DNA from: Podarcis cretensis
Lineage: Eukaryota
Length of the DNA: 64,000 nt
Assembly: GCA_951804945.1 (NCBI GenBank)
Contig: OX638156.1
Span: 49,724,001 to 49,788,000, forward strand
Direction: 5' to 3'
Each line of letters starts with the position of its first letter. The first letter of the stretch is position 1. The position numbers were made by a program, and so were the translations under genes. Below the pieces are notes generated by a model. That model searched no databases. It was not told the origin of the DNA and saw only the letters and a program-made list of their open reading frames with translations. Shown here one piece after another: positions 1-12,303 of this stretch.

Positions 1-249
1 CTGTGTCCACACTTGCACTGTGTTATTTTCCCAGTGCTCCTGGTGTGTGCATTCCAGAGTGCCCCCCCATCCCACAGCTGTCATTTCTTTCCATGCTCAC
101 TGCCATGAATATTGGGTCTTCCCAGTGCTGAAAAGAGCAAAGCTTTTGACACAGTGTTTGGCTCTGATGTGCTATGTGGTGGGGAATAGTTCAGAGTATA
201 TATTACTACACTGGATAAATATAAAATAGGGACGCCTAACATTCACAGG

Positions 250-425
250 AGCATAGGAAACTGCCTTGTACCATTGGCCCATCCAGCTCAGTATTGCCTG
301 CACTGACAGGCAGCAGCCCTGCAGGGTTTTAGAGAGAGAGTCTCACCAAGCTCTGCCTGGAGATGTAGAACCTCAGACTTTCTGCGTGCAAAGCAGATTG
401 CTCTACCATTGAGCTTAGGTCCATC
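250..425 (-). mobile_element. tRNA-derived squamate SINE copy (Squam2-like; family name tentative)
   Basis: tRNA-like head (AGCTCAATGGTAGAGCA...) on minus strand; body shared with copies at 3017, 10973, 37697, 45483 and 50744. Confidence 0.7.
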
Positions 426-864
426 CTTCCGAACTAGCATATCAATGGAATCTCAAAAAGGAATCTATGCAGAGATTTCATTAATATGCACATTATTTTA
501 ACTGCAACAGTTTCACTGACCAATTCATGCCAAGCTGGATTATTAAATGAACCAATCAATTCCAAAGGGCAAAACAGGGAGGGGCTGTGGGTGCTGTGCT
601 GAGCACCTCCTTGCCCCCTCCAGGCCAGTGCCGCTCCCCACGGTGAGAGGAGTCACATTGTCCACTCCCACCACCCAAGTGGTGTTTATGGGCTGGGGAG
701 CATCCCTGTTGCCCTCCAAGGAGTTGGGAGAGATAAGCAAGAGGGGCTTTGTGAAGCTTGAGCACTCTGTTTTTAATAGCTCTTTTGGTCTAGTCCTGCT
801 TTTACTTATGCGTGTGTTGTTCCTATTTCTTTTCTTCCTTTCCTTTCAAAGAGGAGGGATGTAC

Positions 865-993
865 CTTGAGAAAGCTGAGGGTGTTGTGGTAGAATTCCGG
901 GGATGTCTGGCGAAGGATGCGGCTGAGAGCTCCCTGGACAACTGTGCAGGGGCCCAGGATCCTCTGGCTCAGCCTCAGGAGGCCATCTCTGAT
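865..993 (-). CDS. TAT: TAT coding exon 8 ([10 protein letters not shown]...LSFLK)
   Basis: 129 nt, CAG/GTAC. Confidence 0.95.
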
Positions 994-3940
994 CTGAAAG
1001 ATGCACAGGGGAGAGAGAGAGCTCAGTAGGGAGGGGCACTACCTGATCCCCAAGTTGATCTAAGAGAGTGAAATCGCCCAACCTGTTCCGCAGTCACACC
1101 AAGAGCCCTCTTGTGGCTCAGTGTGCCCCCAAACCAAAGGCAGAGCTGGGAAGGTGGGAAAGAGAGTCTGCATCCTACCATGGGTACAATGGAGGGAACC
1201 TGTGCAGAACTCGCACCAGTGTAGAGGGCACAGGAAGTGGGGGAGGGATCTCCTGGCCCTCTCAAGAAGCAGCTGCTACTCAAACCAACTTGTTCCTGTT
1301 CAGAGTCCATTTGCAGTAGGGGGCATCTTGGGCAGTCTTTCACTGACCAGACCCAGGAGGCAGGGGACACTGCCTCCTTGACATCCTAGCACAGACAGTG
1401 GGCCTTGGGGCACAAAGGCTACATGAATCAGGCTCAGAGCGTGGCTGTGAAGTGGTGAGGGTCATGAACTCTTTTCCTCCATCACACCAGCTCCTGGACC
1501 GGGTGCAGAAAGTCAGGGCAGCACCGAGTTCTGCTAACTTACCTCCTTCCCAAAGATCTCCCTGCGATCATGTATGAGAATCCAGCCCATTCTCCAGCCA
1601 GGCACCAGCCACCGCTTGGCGAGGCCTCCACATGAGAGGATAGGCACGTTGGTGCTGAGCTTTGCAAGGGACTCGTATTTGCAGTCTTCAAACACCTGGG
1701 GGGGGGGAGTGCAGAAGGAGGAATACCAGAGTAAGTAGTGATGGAAACACCTAATGGGTGTGTGAAGCAGGTAAGGGGGATGCTAGTGCAGCTGGCTGTG
1801 ATTGGGGAGAAGACCAAGCCACCTCAGGCAGACCCACCACACTCCCTGCTTTCCCAGCCATGTGTCAGAAGGTGGGAGGGGGCTTCTCCTGGGAAGAAGG
1901 GTTCCAGCTGCTGTGCTTGGCCTTCCGAGGGACCAGGGGCGCTTCTGCCTCACTCACCATGTCAGCATAGATCTCATCGGCCAAGATGGGGACACACTGC
2001 CTGGAGGCAACTAAGAGAGACAGACAGAAAGAAATCTAGTCAGCCCCCGACTCTGTTTGCTTCTTTCTTCCCCAGAGCAAGGCCTGGGATAGAAACACAC
2101 ACACACGGTGGGGGATCCTCACCTGCCAGGATCTTCTGGAGGTGGCTTTTGCTGAAAACGGAGCCACAGGGGTTAGATGGGTTGTTCACAATCAAGCAAG
2201 CTGTCTTGTCATCCACCAGCGACTCCATTTGCTTCAGGTCAATTTCCCACGATTTCTCTGGCTGCAGGGAGAAGAAAAGGGAGGAAGAGGTGAGGAATGG
2301 CCCCACCTCAGGGCCTCAGCCTGGTACCCATGGACCAGGCTTCCTGCTGGGGTCAGGGTGGGCCGGAGGTCCTGGGCAGGTGAAAAGGGATGGCGGTTGG
2401 AGCAACTGTCAACTGGTCAGGATACTGACCTCCCTTTTCTCTTCCAAGAGCCCTGCAAAACCTCCCAGCCTGGGTTTGGGCCCAGTCCAAAGAAGGGGAG
2501 ATGGAGAACAGGTCCCCAGGCCTTGAACCCGGGTCAACAGGCAGCCCTTCTTTACAGCTGAGCTCTGTGGAGAGGCAGGCAGAGCCCTGCAAGGGAGCTC
2601 CTGCATGTCTTCCTGCTTGTGCCATGCCTTTCTGCAGGCAGTGGGGAGGGTATGCTGCGCCACCTCCTGCCCCAGCTTACCAAGAGGTCGTAGAATTTGA
2701 CCTCGATGCCCAGGGACTGAGCCAGGGTTTTGTAGAGGGAGAAACCAGGCCGTGGCACCAGGATGTTCTGCCCAGGGTTGGCCAACACAGCCAGGGCCAG
2801 CTCAATGGCCTGACTGCAGCCGCTTGTCAGGATCACGTCCTGCAAAGGAAGAGGGAGCAGAGCAGGTAGCCGTGAGCCTGGCGGGTAGCAACTACCAGGA
2901 AAGACTAGCCCAGAAGAAGCACAGAAGGGGAGGGAGGTGGGAGGGAAAGGTTTCTTCACTGGCTCTTTCTGGGAATTCCTGGCCAGGAGCCTGGAATGAA
3001 GTGGGGGTCCCTGCTGGCATACAGAAGGTCCCAGGTTAAATCCCCAATGGCATCAACTTAGTCTGGGAGAGACTCCCTGCCTGAAACCCATGAGAGATGA
3101 TGTTGCCAGTCAGTGTGGACAATACCAAGCTAGGTGGACCAGTTGTCTGACTCAGTATAAAGCAGCTTCCTGGCTTCCTAATAAAGATTCCAGGCCCAGG
3201 ATCCTTTCTGAGCAAGCTCCAGTTCCAGTACAGTGAGTTGCGGAGGTCCTGGCCAGGGTTTGCAAAAGCTAATTTTCGCAACATCCCCATCAAGCATCGA
3301 GGTCAGATGGCAATGCATGCAGCAGTCAGGGTCAGTTACCTGGGCTTCCAAGGGGGCTTCTGGACAGGTGTAGTAGCCTGCGACCACCTCCCGGCAAGAC
3401 AAGTAACCTGTGCAGAGGATTCCCAGAAGAGTTGGCATGTTAGACTTTTACAGCAAAAGCAAAATAGGGGCTGCATACACTGAAAGCATCTCCCAGGACT
3501 TACCTACTGAGGGGGCATAGCCATTATACTGCCCAGAATCCAGGGCCTCCTTCATCGCTTGGATGACCTCATCATCTGTTGGGAGGTTCCCAAACACAGT
3601 TGGGTCCCCTGTGGGGAAACATGAGGGGAATCCATGTCAGTTGAGGGTGGGGCATTGGCAGGAGCCCCCACCTCATGGTCCCTCCATAGCCCACCTGCTT
3701 ACCTATGGACAGAGAGATCAGGGGCTTCTGGTGGTTGGGCTCTACCTTCATGCTGTCCACAATGGCTCGGATGGGGTTGAAGGTCCTCTTGGACATTTCG
3801 GAAGCCCTGACGGCCCAGTGGGCCTTGCGGTTTTTCCCCTTGCCCAGAGAAGGGCCCTTCCCGCCATTGAGGCTGACGTGGACATCAAGGATGGAGGGCG
3901 GGGACGTCTTGCCATTCACGTGGATCAGGTAGGATTCCAT
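865..3940 (-). CDS. TAT: Tyrosine aminotransferase, first 8 coding exons (348 codons); 3' exons lie left of the window
   Basis: Exons 3703-3940, 3504-3608, 3340-3407, 2681-2839, 2123-2261, 1958-2010, 1543-1695, 865-993; all GT-AG and phase-compatible. Motifs [40 protein letters not shown] and the PLP-lysine motif GGLAKRW. Confidence 0.98.
1543..1695 (-). CDS. TAT: TAT coding exon 7 (VFEDCKY...GGLAKRW...IFGKE)
   Basis: 153 nt, CAG/GTAAG, contains PLP-binding Lys. Confidence 0.96.
1958..2010 (-). CDS. TAT: TAT coding exon 6 ([18 protein letters not shown])
   Basis: 53 nt, TAG/GTGAG. Confidence 0.95.
2123..2261 (-). CDS. TAT: TAT coding exon 5 (PEKSWEI...QKILA)
   Basis: 139 nt, CAG/GTGAG. Confidence 0.96.
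2681..2839 (-). CDS. TAT: TAT coding exon 4 (DVILTSG...FYDLL)
   Basis: 159 nt, CAG/GTAAG. Confidence 0.96.
3017..3181 (+). mobile_element. tRNA-derived SINE copy, 5'-truncated
   Basis: CAGAAGGTCCCAGGTTAAATCCC B-box region followed by the family body ending GCAGCTTCCT. Confidence 0.75.
3340..3407 (-). CDS. TAT: TAT coding exon 3 (GYLSCRE...PLEAQ)
   Basis: 68 nt, CAG/GTAAC. Confidence 0.95.
3504..3608 (-). CDS. TAT: TAT coding exon 2 ([12 protein letters not shown]...YAPSV)
   Basis: 105 nt, CAG/GTAAG. Confidence 0.95.
3703..3940 (-). CDS. TAT: TAT coding exon 1 (MESYLIH...ISLSI)
   Basis: ATG at 3940 just after acceptor CAG|AG; donor GTAAG. Confidence 0.95.
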
Positions 3941-4051
3941 CTCTGGAAAGGAAGTGTAAAGAGCAGGTGGGCCGGCATCCCTGATTACACAATCCTCTCT
4001 TCAAGGCTGCTGTCTGCTCAAGGCCACTGCCATGGCAGAATTGGGTGGAGA

Positions 4052-4184
4052 CATGGGCGCAGCCAAGGGGCGACGGTGGGGGGACCTGCCCCCCCCCCCA
4101 GATCAAGTAAAACAATAGAAATACTTAACTGACCAATCATGTCAATTCTGCCCCTCCCCAACAAAAATCCTGGCTACACCCATG
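4052..4184. mobile_element. Short MITE (hAT-like)
   Basis: Inverted ends CATGGGCGCAGCCA / TGGCTACACCCATG; imperfect 8-bp flanks GGTGGAGA / GGTGGAAG. Confidence 0.55.
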
Positions 4185-4687
4185 GGTGGAAGCACCAGTC
4201 CTGAGCAGGCAGCTCTTAGTTCAGGAGGAGCCAAGTCAGCTGCCACATCCCCCTAGCAGGACCCTGATCAAGCCTCACAGCAGGGAAGCCGGTAAAAGGG
4301 GGTGGAGATGTGCGAGGAGTGGGGCAAGAACTGCAGTTGGGCCAGAGGCCAACTTGGATGAGGGAAATGTGTTTTCCCTCTGTGCCCTTCTTCCCACAGT
4401 GGTAGGGACAGTATGTACTTGGCATATGAATGACAAGACACCACTGTGTGTGTGTGTGTGTTGGGCAGGCTTTGACCGAGTTCTCTTTCAAAACATACTT
4501 ATCTAGTTGTGCCTAAGTGCTGGAGGTGGGAGGACACCCCCATTCTTCACTTTGGAGTTCATCTCCAGTATAAACTCACTGGGTGACCTCAGGGAAGCCA
4601 TTCTCTCCTGACCTACCTTTCAGGGTTGCTGCTAGGATGAATGCGAGAGTATTGTTGAAGCACTGTTAGAACTCAAAAAGGGGTGTA

Positions 4688-4913
4688 CAGTGGTACCTCG
4701 GGTTACATATGCTTCAGGTTACAGACTCCGCTAACCCAGGAATAGTGCTTCAGGTTAAGAACTTTGCTTCAAGATAAGAACAGAAATCAGGCTCCAGCGG
4801 CGTGGCGGCAGCAGGAGGCCCCATTAGCTAAAGTAGTGCTTCAGGTTAAGAACAGTTTTAGGTTAAGAACGGACCTCCGGAACGAATTAAGTACTTAACT
4901 TGAGGTACCACTG
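4688..4913. mobile_element. Tc1/mariner (Tigger-like) MITE
   Basis: TIRs CAGTGGTACCTC / GAGGTACCACTG, TA target-site duplication, internal GCTTCAGGTTA repeats. Confidence 0.85.
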
Positions 4914-5963
4914 TATAAATGAATTTTGGTCTACTATGAAAAATATTGTAAAGTGTTTTAGGCTGCTGGTCTTTAAGCCATGATTACGGTATTTTTTTAA
5001 AAGTCAAATTGATTAATTATAGAAACGGATTTAAGAACAAAAGGGAATAATTTGTCAGGAATTTCAAATGCCATTTGAGAAGCCCAAACAGTGTCACCAG
5101 AACCTGAGTATCACCACCAAGGGATCTTATGGGCAAAATCCAAGTCAGCCACTGTTGTTGTAAAACACTGAGGGAAAACCCAGCAAACATTGGACCAGGA
5201 GAGAAAGAAGGGAAGGGGCCCTGCAATTGCCTTGGGAGGATTATGACTTGCATTGCCCCCTTCCCTCCCTCTGTCCCCCTGTCTCGCTCCAAAGAATCTG
5301 GCACAGCTGGAGAGAGCTGAGAAGGCAAAGCTGGTGGGATGTGGCAAAGGAAGCAGCAAGGTGAGTGAGAGGCAGCTCGTGGCTCCCTGGGCAAGAAGGG
5401 CACATGAGAGCCAGGGGCACAACTAAGAAGTCTGTGCCAGCTGCAAAAGCCCAAGGAACCTCTTCACACTGGCTGAAAAGTCATTTCCTCTCTGTACTCC
5501 CAGAATAAGACAATAATCATAATATGGCAGTAAATTTGTTTGCAGGTGTGGTGCCACCTGCCTCCCAAGATAAAACCAGCCTGCACCCTCCGCCCCGAGC
5601 CACCTCAAGTCCTGGCTCCTCTTGGAACAAACTACACAGACGTCAAAACCACTCTCCACAGACACCATAATTCCTCGGTTCCTTGTTCCAGAGCCTCTGC
5701 TGGCCCAAGAGGCCAGGCCAGCCCCTTTGCAATTGTCCACCTCCAGGTTCTCTGTTGTGTCTGCTCAGGTCACTCCTGGTCTCCGGAGGGTGTACATGCT
5801 GGGTCAGGGGTGTCCCAGGAAAAGCACCCGAGTTCTGCCTCAGCCACTTTGTTGCAGCCCTTCATGCGGTGCTTGTTCCCCGCAGAGGACTCCATCCCAG
5901 GGACCGTGGACACCAGCTCAGACCCCGTCAGGCTTACAAGTGGCACCTCAAAGAGCCTCTTAC

Positions 5964-6300
5964 CTATGTGGCAGCAGCTGCAGCTTTGTGTGGTGGCAAA
6001 GGTGGGCGAACAAGGCACCTCTGATGAACCTGGCAGGCCGCTCTGCCTGCTCTGGAGCTGCTGAATGGGGAGATCAGAGCCTTCCCTGGGCCCTTTTATG
6101 TGGGATAGGCGGGCAGGAGCACAACAGGGCCCCACTGCAGATTCCCAGCCAAGAACTGGGTGTCAGCTTGGAGTCCTTTAATGATTGGCTGATAGGGAGG
6201 GCTGCACTCCCCCCCCCTCCCATCAGGACACACAGACACACCAACTCAGGAATAGTCTAGCTCCAAACATCTGGAGCAAACACTGCCTGAATGTTAACCC
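5964..6300 (-). promoter_or_regulatory. TAT: Candidate TAT promoter and non-coding exon 1
   Basis: On minus strand: donor AG|GTAAGA at 5963, Inr-like CCCCATTC near 6066, TATA-like CATAAAA at 6094-6100, GC box 6108-6113, CCAAT 6185-6189, FOXA-like site near 6275-6283. Confidence 0.55.
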
Positions 6301-9300
6301 TTCGACTGCCATCCACACCCCCACAGCTCACTGATCCCGTTTGTGAAGTGCGAGCACAAAATTGGGGTAGAGCCCTCCCAGTCTGGCCTTGGCAGGTCAG
6401 GTGAGTATGCCACCCCTCCAGTACCAGGGGCAGCCAGATTGCAACCCTCATTGCTGGAGAATATTGGGCCTGCAGAGGCTGGGTGCCCACAGTGGAGAGG
6501 GGTGTGTTAATTTCCTCAGTGCCTCAGTGGTCCAAGGCTTAGCCTGGCAGTCTTGGCCTGATGCAATCAGCTGCATTCATCCCATCATCTCCAGCTCCAC
6601 GTTGCAAAGCACTAATGAGTCCCAAATGTTCCCCCCCACCCACATCCACGCACGCAAGCAAGCGAAGAGGAGGTGTCCCGATAGCAACAACAGTCCTACC
6701 GCCCTCCTCCAACCACAGGCAGCCGGCCCCACCACACCCCCAGCAGCTGAAGATCAAAGGGTACCTGCCTGGCGAGGACCCCATTAATCTCCAGCAAAGA
6801 GGCAGATCTCATTGCTGGAGGAGTGGTGGAGAGCTAACTTAAGCAGCTAATGGATGTGTATCTACCTCGGGCCTAGAGGGAGAGAAAGAAATTGGTAGCT
6901 TCTGAACAGCCTGGCTCAGAAGGCACCCATGAGCAAACAATGCCCACCAGTCAGTATAGCTGGTCAAGGTATAGTCACTGGCATTGCAAGGCACCCATAA
7001 TTACAGGCTTTGCCTTCTCTAGCTGGCACCAATAGTGTTTCTGTGCCAAGGAGCCCCCCTCCCAGCTTTGCAAGTGGCACAAGGTCTCTTCCACAGCCAC
7101 AACAACACTGAGGACAGAGAACAGGATGACTGGCAGTGCCAGGTCAACACCTGTCCCTCAAGGCCAATTCTTGGGCCCCATCAGGCTCACCCTCAAGCGT
7201 CAGGCTCTGTGACTCCTTTCCCCATTGCCTGCCCTGAAGCGTTGCAGGTGCCAAGATCTGCCCAGTTCTGCAGGCTGTAGCTGCAGCAGAGTGAGGCTGG
7301 CCTTGAGACATTTCTCCCCCACCATAATGTGCCTGGCAAGGCACCCTCCCTCCCTCCCTCCCAGTTGATGCAAGCAATGACTCTGCATGTCACCTTGCAA
7401 GGTTCAGTCGACAGGAGCCCTTTGGTTCAACTTTGCATCAACTGATAGCCTGAGTTACGTAAGGCTGGCAGTCTGCAGGCGGGAGGGAGGACTGCTAAAC
7501 ATTTGGGACCTCACAGGTGCTGCCCAAGAAGCCTCCAGAAAGTGCTCCCCTCAGAAAGGCTGGGCGACAGGCATGCTATGGGGGCAACACCACCTGAAAC
7601 CTCGTTTGTGGGGAGGAATCCCTGGACAGAGCACAGAGAATGGTGAGGGATCTATTTAGCACCGTGGGAGAAAGATTCCCCGCAATGCACACAGAATGCA
7701 TCAGCAGCTCTTCCAGTAACCCATCCCAGATGCTCCCCTTTCCTTCGGCCCCAGAAGTGCAAAGCCAGCAGCAGACTCTCTGGCACCTTCCTACCCAGGC
7801 TCTATCCTCCATCCAGTCTCCTCCATCCTCGGAGTTTTTTTTTATGCACAGCACAGCCGGCAGCATCCACAAACTCTCCCCTTCCCCTTCTGCCAACCAG
7901 GAAGGCACCTACAGCTTGGCAGGGGCCCTGGTGATGCTGCTGCAGGAAGCAGAAGTTGGGCAAGTGGGTGTGGCTCGTGCTGCCTCTCTGCTCTTGAAGG
8001 GGCAAATGGGCTGCAGTCTAAGGGGTTCTTTGCAAGGCCTACCTTGGGGAATTCCCCCCTCCCCATCAGGCTTTCAGCCACCACAGCATCCTCTGGCTGT
8101 TTCGTTCACTTTCTGGGGGTTTGCCTCCATCACCTCCTTCCTCCCCAAACATGAGGACTGGCTCTAGGGAGGTTCCTGCTTGCAGACCCAACAGCAGCCT
8201 CTCCAGCCTTTTGTTTATCAAGATGCCACTTCATAGACTAGGGCGGGGGGTGGTGGTCCCCCATTCCTCTCTCCCCTTTGCAGTGCTTGGGTTTCACTCT
8301 CTTTTAGCTGGATTTAACTCCCTCCTCTACCTGCCGTCAAGCTGCACCAGTAAGAGACCTTATTTCTATCCAGCACCAAAGATCTGCACAGGGCCCCCCA
8401 TGGAGGACAATGAACTCCGTGCCTTGATGGGTGGGGAAGGTTACCATGACTTGTGTTATGAGACTCTCCGCAGCAAGCCGTTGTGCAATGGGAAGGGAGG
8501 GGAAAGGAAGGCAGCAGGAACCACTTTCTCCCATTTGTGGAGAGCTTTCACCCCCCTCCCGCCCCCCCTCCTTTGAAGCCAAGTCAATATTGGCTAATTT
8601 CATCACCAATGTTTGGTTAGTGACTTCACATTCTCATCCTCTTGCATGGCCTGTTGTGTAGCGGCCTCTGCCCTCTTCACCTCCATGGCCTTGGAGCAGC
8701 CAGGTGCCAAGCAAACAACAGGAAGGCTCTCGGATGACTTCAAGGGGCGTCTTTTCACATATGTCACCCACTTTTTCAGGTGTCATTCTTACGCAATTGC
8801 CAGGAACAGGGCAGGCACCAACCACCTCAGGTTCCCAGCCACTCCTCCGGCTCCACATAGCATAGCAAAAACAATTGTATTCCACATAGTCAGGGATAAA
8901 ATTGCACAGCCGGTTGCTTGGGTGCAGCTAAACACATTCCTTGAATTTGGCACACTGTGTGTATAATTTTGAAAACACAAATTTCCCATGTCACAACAGA
9001 GATTTCAGATTGAGGGATGTGTATTTTCCTCAGAAACTCACAGGCTGTTGGCAGGGAGCGGGGAGGGTGGTGCTCCACTGAACTTCGTTCTGGACTCTTC
9101 CTTTCTGCTGTGGTCCCTGTGACTCTTGCTTGGATTCCTTCTCCCCAGTTTACATAACTGCAACTCTGCTCTGCTCCATATAACAGTCCATAGTGAGTTT
9201 CCACTGGCTGGAAATTGTTTCTAATGTGGATGGTGTATCTGGATCCTCATTAAAACCATCTGCATTTCAGAGGCTTGTTCCCCACATAGCCAAAATATTT

Positions 9301-9574
9301 CCCTAAGAACTTTATGCAAAAATCAGGACAACTACTGGGTGTCATTACCATGGTTAAAGGACCGCTTCTGAAAGTTTTGCCCATCAATTCCTTGACTGAC
9401 CTATCTCCCAAAACTTTGAAGGCAGAGAACCACCAGCACCCACGAAACTGGAATACAGATCCTCTGTCAGAATGGACCACCCTCATATTAGATTGTCCAT
9501 ATTTCCTTTCTTCTTTTTTCAAGTTTAGGAATGGCTAGTTGGTGGAAATTTCCTCTCACGGTATGCAATTGCAG

Positions 9575-9825
9575 GAAGAAGAAGAAGAGTTTGGATTTGA
9601 TATCCCGCTTTATCACTACCCAAAGGAGTCTCAAAACGGCTAACGTTCTCCTTTCCCTTCCTCCCCCACAACAAACACTCTATGAGGTGAGAGGGGCTGA
9701 GAGACTTCAAAGAAGTGTGACTTACCCCAAGATCACCCAGCAGCTGCACGTGGAGCAGCGGAGCTACAAACCCAGTTCACCAGATTACGAGTCTACCGCT
9801 CTTTACCACTACACCACACTGGCTC
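9575..9825 (-). mobile_element. CORE-type tRNA-derived SINE (Squam3-like)
   Basis: Head GAGCCAGTGTGGTGTAGTGG on minus strand, CORE-like segment GTGACTTACCCCAAGATCACCCAGC, (CTT)n tail. Confidence 0.75.
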
Positions 9826-10239
9826 ATGCTGTTGATTGCAGAACAGCCAAGTGTCATTGCAGCTCTTCAAGGCTACTAATCAGAAACTTCCTTCTTGCAG
9901 GATCTTCTCTCATGCTTCCCATTTAGGACATTTGGATCATTAGTGATTAATTTTCTCTTAATTACCATTTGGTATCGCTTCAGCTCCATATAGGTACCAA
10001 AGGCTGATCCAGTTGCCATTTTATTTATTTTAATACATTTACACATTAACTTTACAAAAACTAGCAAACAATAAAATATTTTAAAAGGAGCATTTAGTTT
10101 AAACCAGTCACCACTAAATACAGTAAAGCAGCAGCAACTACATTACTAACTCACATAGAAAGTCAATAAAAGGCCAAACAAAACAAGAAATGTTTTCAAG
10201 AGCCACTTAATGGTAATGACTGAAGAGGCCCCCTGTATG

Positions 10240-10635
10240 ACGGCATCATATGTTGAACTGACAACATCATAGTAGGTAAACATCAGCAAGAATGCCTGAA
10301 GCCAATTCCAGACAGGTATTGGGAGAGGAACCTGAAACAGAATGGAAAGTGCAGATTTGTCATGTCAGAAATTAAATCCTGAGGACATAGGTTAACCAAA
10401 GATGGCCTAATACCTGATGCAACTAAAATCAAAGCCAGCATTGGAATGCCTGGTCCAAAGAATAAGGTTGATGTACAAAGATTTCTAGGAATGGCCAGGA
10501 TCTAGCAAAGTTTATTCCAGACATGACAACAGCAATCACAACAGCACAGAAAGAGTTATTGGCTTATGACGCTGCATTTCACTGGATGCCAAACTGCAAA
10601 GGAACATTCAGGCAGTTCAAGGGGCTGCTAGAAAA
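10240..10635 (+). mobile_element. Degenerate Ty3/Gypsy pol (RT-connection) fragment
   Basis: Manual translation: TDNIIVG...ERNLKQNGKCRF...*GHRLTKDGLIPDATKIKASIGMPGPKNKVDVQRFLGM / LAKFIPD...KELLAYDAAFHWMPNCKGTFRQFK; in-frame stop and frameshift. Confidence 0.75.
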
Positions 10636-11110
10636 AGCAAAGTGCCATGATTTGAAAGAACCAGCAACAGGGATCCTTCTGTATTGCTGCAGCTGAAAGC
10701 CTTGTCTTTTGTACCTGCTCCCCTTCCCAAGCACCGGCAACCATCTTACAGGACTGCAGTCAAACATTTGGGTATTAGAAGAAGCATCCGCTGCTATTTC
10801 AGCACCAAAAATGGTAAGTCTGGGGGAGCAAACAAATACAAAACAAAAAAAAAGGAATACCTAATGCTAGAGCAGTATAAACACCAGCAAAAATCACAGA
10901 AAGGAGAACAAAATGAAACAAGTGTTCTAAGCAAGTACCCAATGCAAGAGAAATATTTTCACTTGTCATTGGAACATGGGAAGCTGCCTGAGAGTCAGAC
11001 CATTGGTCTATCTAGCTCAATACTGCCTGCAGCTACTGGCAGCAATGGCTCACCAAGTTTCAGGAAGGGAGGTTCTCTCCTACCCCTACCTGGTGATGCT
11101 GTAAGGCAGG

Positions 11111-11517
11111 TGTCAGGGAACTGACATCAGAGCGAAAAGCGGAGGCAGGGCTCCAGAGCGATGCCGGAGAGGGAACCAGTCGGGGGGGGAAGGAATTCAG
11201 TGTGACACCAATAGAGAGGAGATGGAGGAATCGGTGTCAGGGCTCCAAGACCCTTCAACCGAAACCAGCGGAGAGAGCGCTGGCACGCCCTTGCCATCCC
11301 CTTACTTGCGCAGACGTGTTCCGCGCAGGGAACATAGGCGGAGACTTGGGGTCAAGCAGCTTTTATGCTGGAAGAGATTCAAGAAACGCCCACTGGCAGA
11401 TTCTGCAAGTGACTAACAGGTCACGGAGGGCGAGCTCTAACCCTGAACATGTTTGAGCAAACCACCTAATCGAAGTGGAGGCAGTTTACGCACGAGTAAC
11501 CACACAATACCATTACA
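11111..11517. mobile_element. Solo LTR
   Basis: Starts TGT, ends ACA, flanked by 5-bp duplication GCAGG (11106-11110 and 11518-11522); CpG-rich. Confidence 0.8.
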
Positions 11518-11528
11518 GCAGGTTTCCT

Positions 11529-12155
11529 TTTTTTTTAATAAAGTTTTTTATTTATATAACAAGAAAAAAGAAAAAAACCACAAATACCAAATTACACACA
11601 AATTACAAAAATAACCATAGACACATAATTTTCTTAGCAAACAATAAAACATCTATTGGTCTTAACACTAAAGACCCAACCTCCCGTCTATTCCATATTT
11701 CAAATTCATATTACTTATTGCCAATACACACCTTTATCATAATTAAACTTATTCTCAATAAATCTAATTTCTTATATCTACCTTGCAACTATTACTGAAG
11801 TTCCTCAAATGCTGCAACAGAATTTAAACTACTATATTTATTTTTCAGATTTTCTTTGAAAACCTCCCATTTTGAAACAAATTCCTGTTTTGATTTATTC
11901 TTTATTTTTTCTGATAAACCATCTAATTTGGCATATTCTGTCAGCTTTTGGATCCAATCTTGTATAGAGGGGATTTCATTACTTTTCCATTTTGCTACAA
12001 TCAAAATTCTTGCTGCCGTCATTGCATATAAAAAGATACCCTTCCTCTTTTGTGGAATATCCAAATCTGTTATTCCCAGGAGGTAGGCATCTGGTTTTTT
12101 ATTGAAAGAGATCTTTAGCATTTTTTGCAGTTCTGCATGTACACTCTCCTGAGTC
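11529..12155 (-). mobile_element. 5'-truncated L1-clade LINE (ORF2 C-terminus, 3' UTR, poly(A))
   Basis: ORF 11792-12121 (KKPDAYLLGI...TAARILIVAKWK) is similar to the ORF2 end at 27016-28188; T-tract at 11528-11536; 22-bp TSD with 2 mismatches. Confidence 0.85.
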
Positions 12156-12167
12156 GATGCTGCAAGG

Positions 12168-12303
12168 CAGGCTTCCTCAACCTCGGCCCTCCAGATGTTT
12201 TTGGCCTACAACTCCCATGATCCCTAGCTAGCAGGACCAGTGGTCAGAGATGATGCGAATTATATTCTCAAAACATCTGGAGGGCCAAGGTTGAGGAAGC
12301 CTG
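12168..12303. mobile_element. hAT-type MITE
   Basis: TIRs CAGGCTTCCTCAACCT / AGGTTGAGGAAGCCTG; 8-bp flanks CTGYAAGG / CTATAAGG. Confidence 0.85.

Noticed and set aside
1738-2526. 262-aa plus-strand ORF, and similar antisense ORFs over ATXN1L and ZNF821
   Set aside because: Antisense shadows of real exons plus GC-rich introns; no protein-like features.
4700-4870. Repeated GCTTCAGGTTA units resembling a spaced-repeat array
   Set aside because: Internal repeats of a Tc1/mariner MITE in a vertebrate genome; not CRISPR.
7576-8167. Overlapping ORFs of 110-175 aa between TAT and MARVELD3
   Set aside because: No recognisable family or supporting splice structure.
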